Shown: positions 1 through 7,737, counted from the first letter of the stretch. The stretch is DNA of 15,704 bases from Abditibacteriaceae bacterium (GCA_031372065.1 JANMKN010000404.1:1-15704), one strand, 5' to 3'. Numbers and translations are program-made. The notes: a model not told the origin generated them from the sequence alone.

Positions 1-311
1 CCGCCGCGTCCGACCATGACGCGCACGTTGCGAACGTCCTTGCGCTCGGCCCAATTGCCCGCGTCATCTACCAGATACGGGTATTTGTTCTTGACCTTCA
101 CCGCATTTTCCAGCGACCCTTCCGGCCCGGTGATTTTGCCCAGCCCGACCATGTTGGACTGGCCCATCAGGATGAAAACCTGCACCGGCTTGGTCATGTC
201 CGCCGCTTTGCCGTCAGGTTTGGGGATTTGCGCCGAGGCCGGTGTCAACGATGAAAAGGCGAGCGCCGAAGCCACAATCGAGGCTGAAAATAGGGAAGGT
301 TTCTGTTTCAT
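1..311 (-). CDS. Secreted SGNH-type carbohydrate esterase (sialate O-acetylesterase/SASA-like), 5' part; runs off the window
   Basis: Not in the ORF track. Manual translation from ATG at 311: MKQKPSLFSASIVASALAFSSLTPASA-QIPKPDGKAADMTKPVQVFILMGQSNMVGLG... It has a Sec signal peptide with an A-S-A site and the VFILMGQSNM catalytic-Ser motif. Confidence 0.85.
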   Translation of the reverse strand, partial: MKQKPSLFSASIVASALAFSSLTPASAQIPKPDGKAADMTKPVQVFILMGQSNMVGLGKITGPEGSLENAVKVKNKYPYLVDDAGNWAERKDVRNVRVMVGRG

Positions 312-343
312 GGTGATTTTCTGCGGTTTTTCACTACGGGTTT

Positions 344-930
344 TCACTTTACCGGCGTCAGCGTGAACTGTTTGACCGTCACGCCCCAGCTGGGTGCCGG
401 GCGCGTGAAACGCAGGACGTTTGGCCCTTTGGCCAGCACGATTTCGACTGGCTTGGTCTGCGCCCACTGGCCAACGGTGTAGGGCACGGCAATTTCCACC
501 GGCGCTTTCCACCGGCGTTTTGGCATCGTTCGCCGCGAGCAACAGCTTTTGCTCCGATTGCACCGTGACGACCTGCGCCGTGAACTCATATTTTCCGGCT
601 TGCGGCGCCTCAAAGGCGCACTCGAACTTTTGGTGGCGTTCAAATCGCGCGACAAATGCAACTGCATCCCGCCGGTTGCGCTTTTCATCGCGATGACGCC
701 GCCCACCTTGCCGCAACGCACCGCCGGAATGGTGAGCGTCCCGTCTTCGCCCACCACGACTTGCAGGTCGGCTTCGACCGTCTTGGCCTGTTCCACCGGG
801 GCTTTTTCTTTTGACTCATTGGCTTCGGCCACGTCTTGTCCGAGTGGCGCCAGTGCCACGACTTTGCTGTCGGCGGCGATTTGCGCTGTCAAATCATGCG
901 CGGCGGCGCTCCAAAAGCCGCCGGCCACGG
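344..930 (-). pseudogene. Decayed C-terminal fragment of a beta-sandwich-containing protein with two compensating frameshifts
   Basis: ORF 344..976 contains an aberrant R/S-rich stretch. The alternative frame there reads KFECAFEAPQAGKYEFTAQVVTVQSEQKLLLAANDAKTPVE, and a 13-nt tandem duplication at 493-517 returns to the original frame. No convincing start or RBS. Confidence 0.6.
493..517. repeat. Tandem duplication, 13-nt period
   Basis: TTTCCACCGGCG at 493-504 and 506-517. Confidence 0.9.
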
Positions 931-1176
931 CGAAACTCGATAGTGCGTTCAGAGTGTTGAAGAAATCCACACTCAATCAACCAATCTTCAAAGTGACGGT
1001 TGAGTTCAACAACGGGAAGCGAATTTGCGGCATTAATGCCACTGTTTGAGACGTGAGAAATCTCGGCGAAGGTGCTTTGACCTTTGCCGTTTCTGTGAAA
1101 GCAGGTGCCCTTTTTTGCATAATTGCTCCCGAAAATGTAGATTTTGGGAGCAACCGAATACCACGAAGAAAGTGCT

Positions 1177-1324
1177 AAAACCCTTATAGGATAAGGCGAA
1201 ACTCGCATTTTTCGCCTCAAGTTTTATCACTTTTACGGTCCCGACCGGATTCGAACCGGCGGTCTCCTGCGTGACAGGAGTTGTGACAACTTCGCTTCGT
1301 CGCCCCTTATGGCATAAGGGTTTT
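1177..1324. repeat. Pair of inverted palindromic motifs AAAACCCTTAT-N3-ATAAGG flanking the att site
   Basis: 1177-1196 is AAAACCCTTAT-AGG-ATAAGG. 1304-1324 is CCCTTAT-GGC-ATAAGGGTTTT, the same motif in reverse orientation. Confidence 0.75.
1236..1278 (-). tRNA. 3' half of tRNA-Asp(GTC): displaced fragment forming the att junction, not a functional tRNA
   Basis: Minus strand reads C-CTGTCAC-GCAGG-AGACC-GCCGG-TTCGAAT-CCGGT-CGGGACC-G: anticodon loop with GTC, T-arm, 3' acceptor strand and discriminator G. The 5' acceptor strand, D-arm and most of the 5' anticodon stem are absent. Confidence 0.92.
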
Positions 1325-1411
1325 GCGCTTTTTTCCGCCCTTCGTTTCAAAAAAGCAGGAGAATAAATCTTTGATTCAACTTCTGCCCCATTCGTTTAAT
1401 TTCACGATGCG

Positions 1412-2401
1412 CTATAAACCCAGCAGATCGTCAATCCGTCGCCGCAATTCCATTAGTGTTGCGCGCGGCGCCGTGCCGCCCTCTTTCACCCATTGCTGCA
1501 CCGTTTCGAGATTGGAAAGCGCGCCTTGTGCGGCGGCGGCGGCGTTCTGAGTGGCTTCTTTTTTGGAGACGGTTGTTACCTGCTGTCCACGCGATACAGG
1601 AGCGCTTCCTTGTTCAGCGGCACGGCTTTGGCGCGATTGCGTTTCAGAGTCCGGTGCCTTTTGACTTTCTAACTGGAGATCGTGCTGGGCAGCGCGTTCG
1701 GTAATGATGCTTTGCAGCTCGCGCACAGGCGCGCCATGCTGGGCATATTCCATCAGCTCGCTGCGCAGTGATTTGTCGGCTACCGGACGCAGTGTCAAGG
1801 CGTGCGTCATCAGTTCAGGGTTCTCGGCGGCAAAGGTTTGCACATCCGGCGGGCACTTGAGCAGATTGACGCGGTTTTCAATGTAGGATTTATCCACATT
1901 GTATTTTTTAGCCATCGTGCGCAGGCTGAGATTCTCGTCGCGCATTTCGGCTTCAAAGGCGTGGGCCTGTTCAATGGGCAAATGATGCTTGTTGTGGATG
2001 CTGGTGCGCAGCGCCGCCGAGCGCGCGTCTTTGGCGCTCAGGTCATCAAGGATAATCGGCAGCCAGTCGTAATCATCTTTTGTCGCGCGGAACTTGCGCC
2101 CCCCATCCCAGACGAGCAGGGTGGCGTTCTTGCGCACTTTGCCGTCTTTGCCGGTGCTACCCGACGCCCAGCGGCATTTGAGCGGCTCCATGATGCCACT
2201 TTCCAAAAGGCCGTGTTTCTTGGCGCGCCAATCGTCAATATCGGCGCGCAGCGATTTGAGGTCTTCCTCGATGATGACGGTGCGCGGCTGGCCGGGGTCG
2301 AGTTTGAGGCGCGAGGGCGGCGCCAGCAGCACGCCAAAGTCGGGCGAGAAGCGCAGGCCGTTGTCGAGAAGTTCGGTGCGGTCAAGATTGAGGCGGATCA
2401 T
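1412..2401 (-). CDS. ParB/Spo0J-like protein with divergent CTP-binding motifs
   Basis: PGQPR (box I), GIMEPL, VWDGGRKFRA (box II; canonical GERRxRA), LPIEQAHAF and HTH SLRTMAKKYNVDKSYIENRVNLL. ATGA overlap with the upstream gene. Confidence 0.85.
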   Translation of the reverse strand: MIRLNLDRTELLDNGLRFSPDFGVLLAPPSRLKLDPGQPRTVIIEEDLKSLRADIDDWRAKKHGLLESGIMEPLKCRWASGSTGKDGKVRKNATLLVWDGGRKFRATKDDYDWLPIILDDLSAKDARSAALRTSIHNKHHLPIEQAHAFEAEMRDENLSLRTMAKKYNVDKSYIENRVNLLKCPPDVQTFAAENPELMTHALTLRPVADKSLRSELMEYAQHGAPVRELQSIITERAAQHDLQLESQKAPDSETQSRQSRAAEQGSAPVSRGQQVTTVSKKEATQNAAAAAQGALSNLETVQQWVKEGGTAPRATLMELRRRIDDLLGL

Positions 2402-3279
2402 ATGATTGACGGCGGCGACTCATTAAACACTTTCAGATAAAGACCGATCATCTCTGGGGCGGCCTTTATGATACTTGGCAGCGCGTAATAAATTGCATCA
2501 ACAACACTCTTAACTGGGCTTGGTTTTACTACCTCTGCTTCGATAATATCAACCAATTTGGAGTTGGCTATCCGCTCATCTTCAGGAAGTGCACTCACCG
2601 CTTGGCGGATGCTTTCCATCAAGGCGGCAATCTCTTCAATTCTGGGATTGATTTGTTGATTGGCATAGCCCGTGTTGTCGTTGCCTGTTTGTAGGAGGCC
2701 GATGGCACTCCCGGTTACATCAGAAATGTTGATGCTGCGGTTGCTGTTGTCCATGTTGTTGGTAATGTATTGAACGGTCATTGCATTAAAAAAGTGTGTC
2801 GGCTGGTTTGGGTGGCGAATGGCATTTTCAATTTCATCCGCTCCCTGTCGGGTCAAAACTACATTTGGGCCACCTGCCGTGTGTATTTTCATCAAACCGC
2901 GCTCTATTAAAAAGAAAAACGCATCATTAGCATCCTCTCTCGACCATTTCTGCTCGTCAATGATTTTTGACCAAGAAGCTGGCTTTTGAGGATCTCCCCC
3001 CGACTCATCGTAGATTTTGCGCAAGGCTATAAGGCGGCGGTTGTCACGTTGGGCCACCAGTTGAGCATCGGCGCTGCGCGGGATAAAGCCCATGATGACA
3101 TATTGAGGCATGGTAGATGGGTTGCCGCTGGCTTCCCTTAGGTCAACCAGAGGGCTTCCTCCTAACTCTTCGGCCTCTTCAATGTCACGCGGATTTACAA
3201 AAACTTCCCCGATTCCATCCACCAAATACGTCCCGTCTTCCTGTTTGCCATTAACAACTTGGATCCAATCAATACGCAT
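2398..3279 (-). CDS. Hypothetical protein (293 aa): winged-helix-like core, N/G/Q-rich segment, helical C-terminus
   Basis: Start reassigned to ATG 3279 because AGGAGG (3285-3290) lies 5 nt upstream; the ORF is open to 3453. wHTH-like LRKIYD...AFFFLIERGLM...LTRQG. Confidence 0.7.
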   Translation of the reverse strand: MRIDWIQVVNGKQEDGTYLVDGIGEVFVNPRDIEEAEELGGSPLVDLREASGNPSTMPQYVIMGFIPRSADAQLVAQRDNRRLIALRKIYDESGGDPQKPASWSKIIDEQKWSREDANDAFFFLIERGLMKIHTAGGPNVVLTRQGADEIENAIRHPNQPTHFFNAMTVQYITNNMDNSNRSINISDVTGSAIGLLQTGNDNTGYANQQINPRIEEIAALMESIRQAVSALPEDERIANSKLVDIIEAEVVKPSPVKSVVDAIYYALPSIIKAAPEMIGLYLKVFNESPPSII

Positions 3280-3645
3280 TGAAGCCTCCTGAGAAATTTT
3301 TGGCATTTTCCATTTCTTACAATCCTTAGCTAAAACAGTAATGGTGTGGGCATACCCATTCGATTTCCACTCACCCCGGTGTCCCAAAAGATACCAATGA
3401 ATCAAGGCTTTCGCAGACTCAAGCATTGTTGAGTGGTCAGGGCAATCAGTCATACGCGGAGGCCCTGTGAAGAGTATTTTAAATTCATGGGTTTCCTCTG
3501 GCTACAATCAGCAGTTCACTTTTATCCTGCGTGTGCTGCGCACACACAAAATAAACATTCATCATTTCACAAAATTAAGTTTTCTATTGGAACTTCCGTT
3601 AGTGGTCGCCGTCGGCCACTGAGATAAAATTCCTCAAGAGGATTT

Positions 3646-4491
3646 ATGCCCACCACACCGTTTTGGAGTTCTGATCGAGCAACGCTGTATCATGGAGACG
3701 CCAAAACCGTTCTGGCATCACTTCCCACAGAAAGTGTGGATTGTATCGTCACGTCTCCGCCTTACTACGGGCAGCGCGATTACAAGGTTAAGGGCCAGAT
3801 TGGACTTGAAAAAACTCCTTTTGAATTCATAGAGTCTCTGGTTGATGTTTTTGGCGAAGCGCGCCGGGTGCTAAAACCTACCGGTGCCCTGTGGGTGAAC
3901 ATCGGTGACACCTACTGGAGTGGAAAGGGCAAACCGACCCAGCCAGATAATAAGCAGAGGAATCGCCGGTTTGAGCGCCCCCAAGACAAAACCAGTTCCC
4001 ACCCCATTTGTAAGCCAAAACAACTCCTTTTGGTGCCACACCGATTTGCCATCGCTATGCAAGACGATGGATGGGTTGTGCGCAATGATGTCATTTGGTG
4101 CAAACAAAATCCAACTCCTGACCCTGCAACAGATCGTTTAGCCTCCGCCCATGAATTCATGTTTTTCTTCACCAAGCAGGCAAAAGGCTATTACTTTAAC
4201 CGGCGAGCCGTTAGGGTTCTCTGCGCCGACGGAAAATCCACGAAGAACCCGCCCACTGTTTGGAATCTAAAAAGCGCGCCCACTTTCAAAAAACACATCG
4301 CTCCTTTTCAGGAAGAGCTTTTGCGCATCCCCATCAAGGCTACACTGCCCATCAACGGTGTGCTGCTGGATCCATTTTGCGGTAGCGCAACAGCCCTCAA
4401 GATGGCCTTAGCCAGAAGCAAGAGAAGTCGCGCCGTCGGCATCGACATTAGTGAAGACTTCTTGAATGAGGCAAAGGGCTTGCTGATCTAA
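3646..4491 (+). CDS. N4/N6 amino-DNA methyltransferase, beta class (SPPY suggests m4C)
   Basis: Motif IV TSPPY precedes motif I VLLDPFCGSAT. Also RVLKPTG, IWCKQNP, HEFMFFF. RBS GAGGA upstream. Confidence 0.95.
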   Translation: MPTTPFWSSDRATLYHGDAKTVLASLPTESVDCIVTSPPYYGQRDYKVKGQIGLEKTPFEFIESLVDVFGEARRVLKPTGALWVNIGDTYWSGKGKPTQPDNKQRNRRFERPQDKTSSHPICKPKQLLLVPHRFAIAMQDDGWVVRNDVIWCKQNPTPDPATDRLASAHEFMFFFTKQAKGYYFNRRAVRVLCADGKSTKNPPTVWNLKSAPTFKKHIAPFQEELLRIPIKATLPINGVLLDPFCGSATALKMALARSKRSRAVGIDISEDFLNEAKGLLI

Positions 4492-6411
4492 TTAATTCTC
4501 CTCGTTCTCCAGCGATAGACTACCCTGAGTTGCGATGTCATCGGGTGGAGTCTCATCGTCATCTTCATCGAAGTTCAAATCGTCTGTGCCCCAAAAATTT
4601 GGAAAGCTGAGTTGTCCATTCATACCCTTGTTTCCAAATTCGGGGAGCAGAGCAAGAGCGCCATCAATCGTGATCTTTTGAATTGCAACTCGGTTGTTAT
4701 TGCAGAAGGGATGAACAATCCGACCATTGTAAATAGCGGTTGGACCACCCTTGCCCACCTCGTGCTTGTGATCATACTGAACATTTTGAGTCGCAATCAA
4801 ACGCCCATTGCATATTTCGCAAGTAGGTAAAGTATCAAGAATGGTTTTCACCATAATCTCGTCTTTCATGCCTGGCGGGAAATTTCTGGCTGATGAAACT
4901 TTTTCATCCTCTATCCGGCCACTCTGACTCTTAGAACTTGTTTTTGTTAAAGTCTCAAGAATAATTGTGTGAGCAGCTTCAAATTCAGGTGTATTGATCT
5001 TGCCTGAAAATTCAATTACCTTTTGCAGCAAAGCATCAAAATAATTGGCGGTCTGTCGAGTTACCTCAGAGCCAGATCCAATTTTTCGCGTTATTCTTTT
5101 AATAATACGTTGCTTATGCTGAATCAATACATCTTCAAATGAGCCGCGATAAGCAGAAAAACTAATTTTTCGGGTATGAACATCTGTGTCGGAACCGAAG
5201 TTGATCCAATACAACATACCGTAAAGAAGATTGCGGACATAATCTCCTTGAGTATTGTAGTAATACAGGAGGGGAGCCGTGCTTAAGGAGCGCGGAGACG
5301 GACCCGCCAAACTATTCAAGGCATCAATGGTTTCGCTGGTTAGTGACTGGGCATTAATGATTATTTGCGTAGACGAATCCGATTTGTCGGCCTTCATAAG
5401 CGCCTCAGTCTCGACTTTCTGCCCTTTCTGCCCTTTTACAATGGTCAACACCTCTGCTGTGTATAATGGGCGCAAGTCGGGTCGAGCAGCAGATATACCC
5501 AAAAGAGGTCTTAAGGCGTCCTGTTTTACGTTCGCGGTCAATGGCTCAGGCGCAAAAAGCAAATTGGAGATGACGCGCGATTTCTTTAAAACTTCATCGG
5601 TAGTTGAATGCATTGGGGCAGGGACATCTACCTTTGGCCAACAGCGGTCAGCATGTGTTGGGTCTGCGATAGACATTACAAGTCGCGCAAAACTTGACTG
5701 TCTATTTTCAACAAGGATGGTTTCCCAGTCACTAAGAGGTGCACCAGTGCGATTAATCTTTACGAAAGACTTTTCGGCAGTCTCGTAATTTCCCACCACC
5801 CACTGAATAAAAAAACCAATGTCGGAGCCGCGCCACCTTCGAACTTTATTTGCTAACTTCTGTTCGCGCAAGCTAAGTTCGCCACTTACTGCTTCGCGTC
5901 CATGTTCACGCTCAACTTGACGAAATTTTGAATCCGCCATCCAGTATTCACGCGCCTCTCCGATACTTTTTGCCGCCAACAACTTGCGCACTTGTGTTGC
6001 TGCCTCGCGAGCCGCCACCAACTCTGCAGGAGTCATGTTTCTCGTGCAGCCTTCACCCCAATCATCTTTTAGCCAAGCCAATAACACCGAAATCCGATGG
6101 CCACCATCCAAAACATATATGAAGTTATCAGGACTCATCCAAAGAATTACGCTGGGAACAACCTGCTCATTTACAATGGATTCAAGTAAGTCCGCGCAAA
6201 CCGTCGGCGACCACGCCTGAGTAGTTCTTTGAAAATCCGGTTTGCGCAATTGCCAAACGAGGTCAGGATCGTTGTTTAGAGCATACAGGCGCAACGAAGG
6301 GAAAGGAGTGGGTTGATTGTCCCCCGCTTCAGTAATGCTTTTGTAAAGCAAAGGCTCTCTGGGAATCAGATGGTCCAGATAAACCCTGACCGACTGGTTT
6401 GTAACACTCAT
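4492..6411 (-). CDS. DUF262 (GmrSD N-terminal, ParB/Srx fold) plus C-terminal HNH endonuclease
   Basis: KPDFQR...WS...LLESI...PSVILW...VLDGGHR and F-VKINRTG-APL motifs. C-terminal CEIC...YDHKHEVGKGG...NGRIVHPFCN HNH signature and an acidic tail. Confidence 0.88.
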   Translation of the reverse strand: MSVTNQSVRVYLDHLIPREPLLYKSITEAGDNQPTPFPSLRLYALNNDPDLVWQLRKPDFQRTTQAWSPTVCADLLESIVNEQVVPSVILWMSPDNFIYVLDGGHRISVLLAWLKDDWGEGCTRNMTPAELVAAREAATQVRKLLAAKSIGEAREYWMADSKFRQVEREHGREAVSGELSLREQKLANKVRRWRGSDIGFFIQWVVGNYETAEKSFVKINRTGAPLSDWETILVENRQSSFARLVMSIADPTHADRCWPKVDVPAPMHSTTDEVLKKSRVISNLLFAPEPLTANVKQDALRPLLGISAARPDLRPLYTAEVLTIVKGQKGQKVETEALMKADKSDSSTQIIINAQSLTSETIDALNSLAGPSPRSLSTAPLLYYYNTQGDYVRNLLYGMLYWINFGSDTDVHTRKISFSAYRGSFEDVLIQHKQRIIKRITRKIGSGSEVTRQTANYFDALLQKVIEFSGKINTPEFEAAHTIILETLTKTSSKSQSGRIEDEKVSSARNFPPGMKDEIMVKTILDTLPTCEICNGRLIATQNVQYDHKHEVGKGGPTAIYNGRIVHPFCNNNRVAIQKITIDGALALLPEFGNKGMNGQLSFPNFWGTDDLNFDEDDDETPPDDIATQGSLSLENEEN

Positions 6412-6431
6412 AGCTTAAAATACCGCCTCAC

Positions 6432-6470
6432 TTAATCAAACACTTTCTCCAGCGCGCCGCGACACAATGC
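6432..6470 (-). repeat. Repressor 3'-end copy 4 (ALCRGALEKVFD*)
   Basis: GCA TTG TGT CGC GGC GCG CTG GAG AAA GTG TTT GAT TAA. 27/33 nt match to the repressor's last 11 codons; 20 nt upstream of the DUF262-HNH ATG. Confidence 0.9.
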
Positions 6471-6472
6471 TC

Positions 6473-6871
6473 TCACGCGAACGCTTCGCCCAGATTTGGC
6501 TCCAACAACTGCCGAATGCTTGCCTTGAATTCCGTCATATCCATCGGCTTGCCAAAAAACGCATCGGGTTTGCAGCGGGCCATCTCATCACGGCGTGTCT
6601 CCTGAAACCCTGAGAACACAACGATCTTGGTATCGCTGCGCACCTCTCTGGCGATGCAACACACATCGGCCCCGGTGCCATCGGGCAAGTCCCAATCGAT
6701 CAAAACCAAATCCACACACCCGTCTTGCAAAGCAGCGCGGGCCTCGGCTACCGATCCGGCGCCGCGCACAACATAGCCCATCAATCGCAGCACCGTAGCC
6801 GTGAGAATCACGAGTTCGTCGTGGTCATCAACGACAAGGACATGGGTAATGTTGTTGGATGATTCAAGCAT
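6473..6871 (-). CDS. Stand-alone response-regulator receiver (CheY-like) domain
   Basis: VLVVDD, DLVLIDWDLPD (phospho-Asp), FSG and GKP motifs intact; no output domain. Confidence 0.93.
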   Translation of the reverse strand: MLESSNNITHVLVVDDHDELVILTATVLRLMGYVVRGAGSVAEARAALQDGCVDLVLIDWDLPDGTGADVCCIAREVRSDTKIVVFSGFQETRRDEMARCKPDAFFGKPMDMTEFKASIRQLLEPNLGEAFA

Positions 6872-6876
6872 GAGCC

Positions 6877-6912
6877 TCAGCCAAAGACTTTTTCCCGAAT
6901 GCTACGGCACAC
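6877..6912 (-). repeat. Repressor 3'-end copy 3 (VCRSIREKVFG*)
   Basis: GTG TGC CGT AGC ATT CGG GAA AAA GTC TTT GGC TGA. 25/33 nt match; 5 nt upstream of the receiver gene ATG. Confidence 0.82.
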
Positions 6913-6941
6913 CTGAAGCTGCTTCAGGAAGCAGCTTCAGG
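6912..6941. repeat. Perfect 14-bp inverted repeat with nested palindrome
   Basis: CCTGAAGCTGCTTC-AG-GAAGCAGCTTCAGG. Contains the stop of 6937..7164 and abuts copy 3; no U-tract. Confidence 0.85.
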
Positions 6942-7164
6942 AACCTTTATTCAAATCCAAGGCTCCCAAATGTTCGATGATGGCCGCAAACTGAGTTTCG
7001 GCCTCTTCTTTTGTTAACCCACTTGCCAGTTCGGTGTGATCTGCATAAAGGCCATAGCCCACCCAAGGGCCATTCTGGTTGTCGGGATCTGTTTTCCCTT
7101 CAATGGAAATCACTTTAGCGTGTATCAAATTGTAAACCTTGCCATCCGCTGCTTTTACCCACAT
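6937..7164 (-). CDS. Hypothetical protein (75 aa)
   Basis: Strong RBS AAAGGAG upstream of the ATG; protein-like beta/alpha pattern. Confidence 0.8.
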   Translation of the reverse strand: MWVKAADGKVYNLIHAKVISIEGKTDPDNQNGPWVGYGLYADHTELASGLTKEEAETQFAAIIEHLGALDLNKGS

Positions 7165-7188
7165 TGCTGTCTCCTTTGTTGGTTTTCG

Positions 7189-7371
7189 TTACGGGAGAAT
7201 CTCGTTCGGAAAATAATAGCCTTTGATGCGTCCGATCACAAACGCCGCAATCGCAATCCACAAAAAATTACGCCGCAACCAAACAGCCCACAAGCCAGCG
7301 CGTTCCTCCAGCGAGACAACGCGTTTTCGCTGTTTGAGATTTGTGAGTGGGTCAGGAATGGGCGGTAGCAT
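7189..7371 (-). CDS. Small putative membrane protein (60 aa)
   Basis: Hydrophobic segment FLWIAIAAFVIG; ATG 2 nt after the stop codon of copy 2. Confidence 0.55.
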   Translation of the reverse strand: MLPPIPDPLTNLKQRKRVVSLEERAGLWAVWLRRNFLWIAIAAFVIGRIKGYYFPNEILP

Positions 7372-7373
7372 CT

Positions 7374-7406
7374 TTAATCAAAGACTTTTTCCAGCACACC
7401 GGAGCA
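7374..7406 (-). repeat. Repressor 3'-end copy 2 (CSGVLEKVFD*)
   Basis: TGC TCC GGT GTG CTG GAA AAA GTC TTT GAT TAA; 28/33 nt match. Confidence 0.9.
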
Positions 7407-7449
7407 AAACACTTTGCATCATCGTCAAGCATTTGTTACGCTTTTTTTT

Positions 7450-7737
7450 ATGAGTAACGATGTTGAAACCGTAGCCCCACAAGCTCTCCCAAACGCTTCT
7501 CCAAGCGCTCCTAAAACCGTGGCTGGAACCGTCGCTGAAATGGCACCTGCCGATTTTGAAGCCTTGTTAACGCGCGCACTATGCAATGCCATGAGTTATG
7601 CCGCGTTTCGCTTTGAAGAGGAGCGTCAAACGGAATATGGATTTACATTGCGCGAGCGCACTAACACAAGGCATCAGGAAATTCATGAAAGCTGGCACAC
7701 CTTATTAGACGGCGACAAGTCTGAAGTCACCGTTTGA
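7450..7737 (+). CDS. Hypothetical protein (95 aa), convergent with the adjacent gene
   Basis: Open frame from ATG 7450 with plausible composition. No clear RBS; 11-nt 3' overlap with 7727..7945. Confidence 0.45.
   Translation: MSNDVETVAPQALPNASPSAPKTVAGTVAEMAPADFEALLTRALCNAMSYAAFRFEEERQTEYGFTLRERTNTRHQEIHESWHTLLDGDKSEVTV

Noticed and set aside
972..988. TCAATCAA match to the repressor tail
   Set aside because: Only 8 nt, the frame does not encode KVFD, and it lies outside the att site.
16..1049. Plus-strand ORFs 16..366, 421..696 and 549..1049
   Set aside because: Antisense shadows of the minus-strand esterase and gene fragment.
1236..1310. Intact tRNA-Asp gene
   Set aside because: The 5' acceptor strand (expected GGTCCCG) and D-arm are missing.
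894..1550. ORFs 894..1220, 1033..1350 and 1323..1550
   Set aside because: They cross the tRNA fragment or att region, with no RBS or recognisable motifs.
3398..3418. Weak tail-like sequence GTCTGCGAAAGCCTTGATT
   Set aside because: Requires a large gap and lacks the KVF codons; consistent with chance.
3280..3453. N-terminal 58-codon extension of the 351-aa ORF
   Set aside because: ATG 3279 has a perfect AGGAGG RBS whereas 3453 has none. Not fully excluded.
1456..6220. Short ORFs overlapping parB, the MTase and DUF262-HNH (e.g. 1802..2440, 5279..5788)
   Set aside because: Shadow or alternative frames of well-supported genes.
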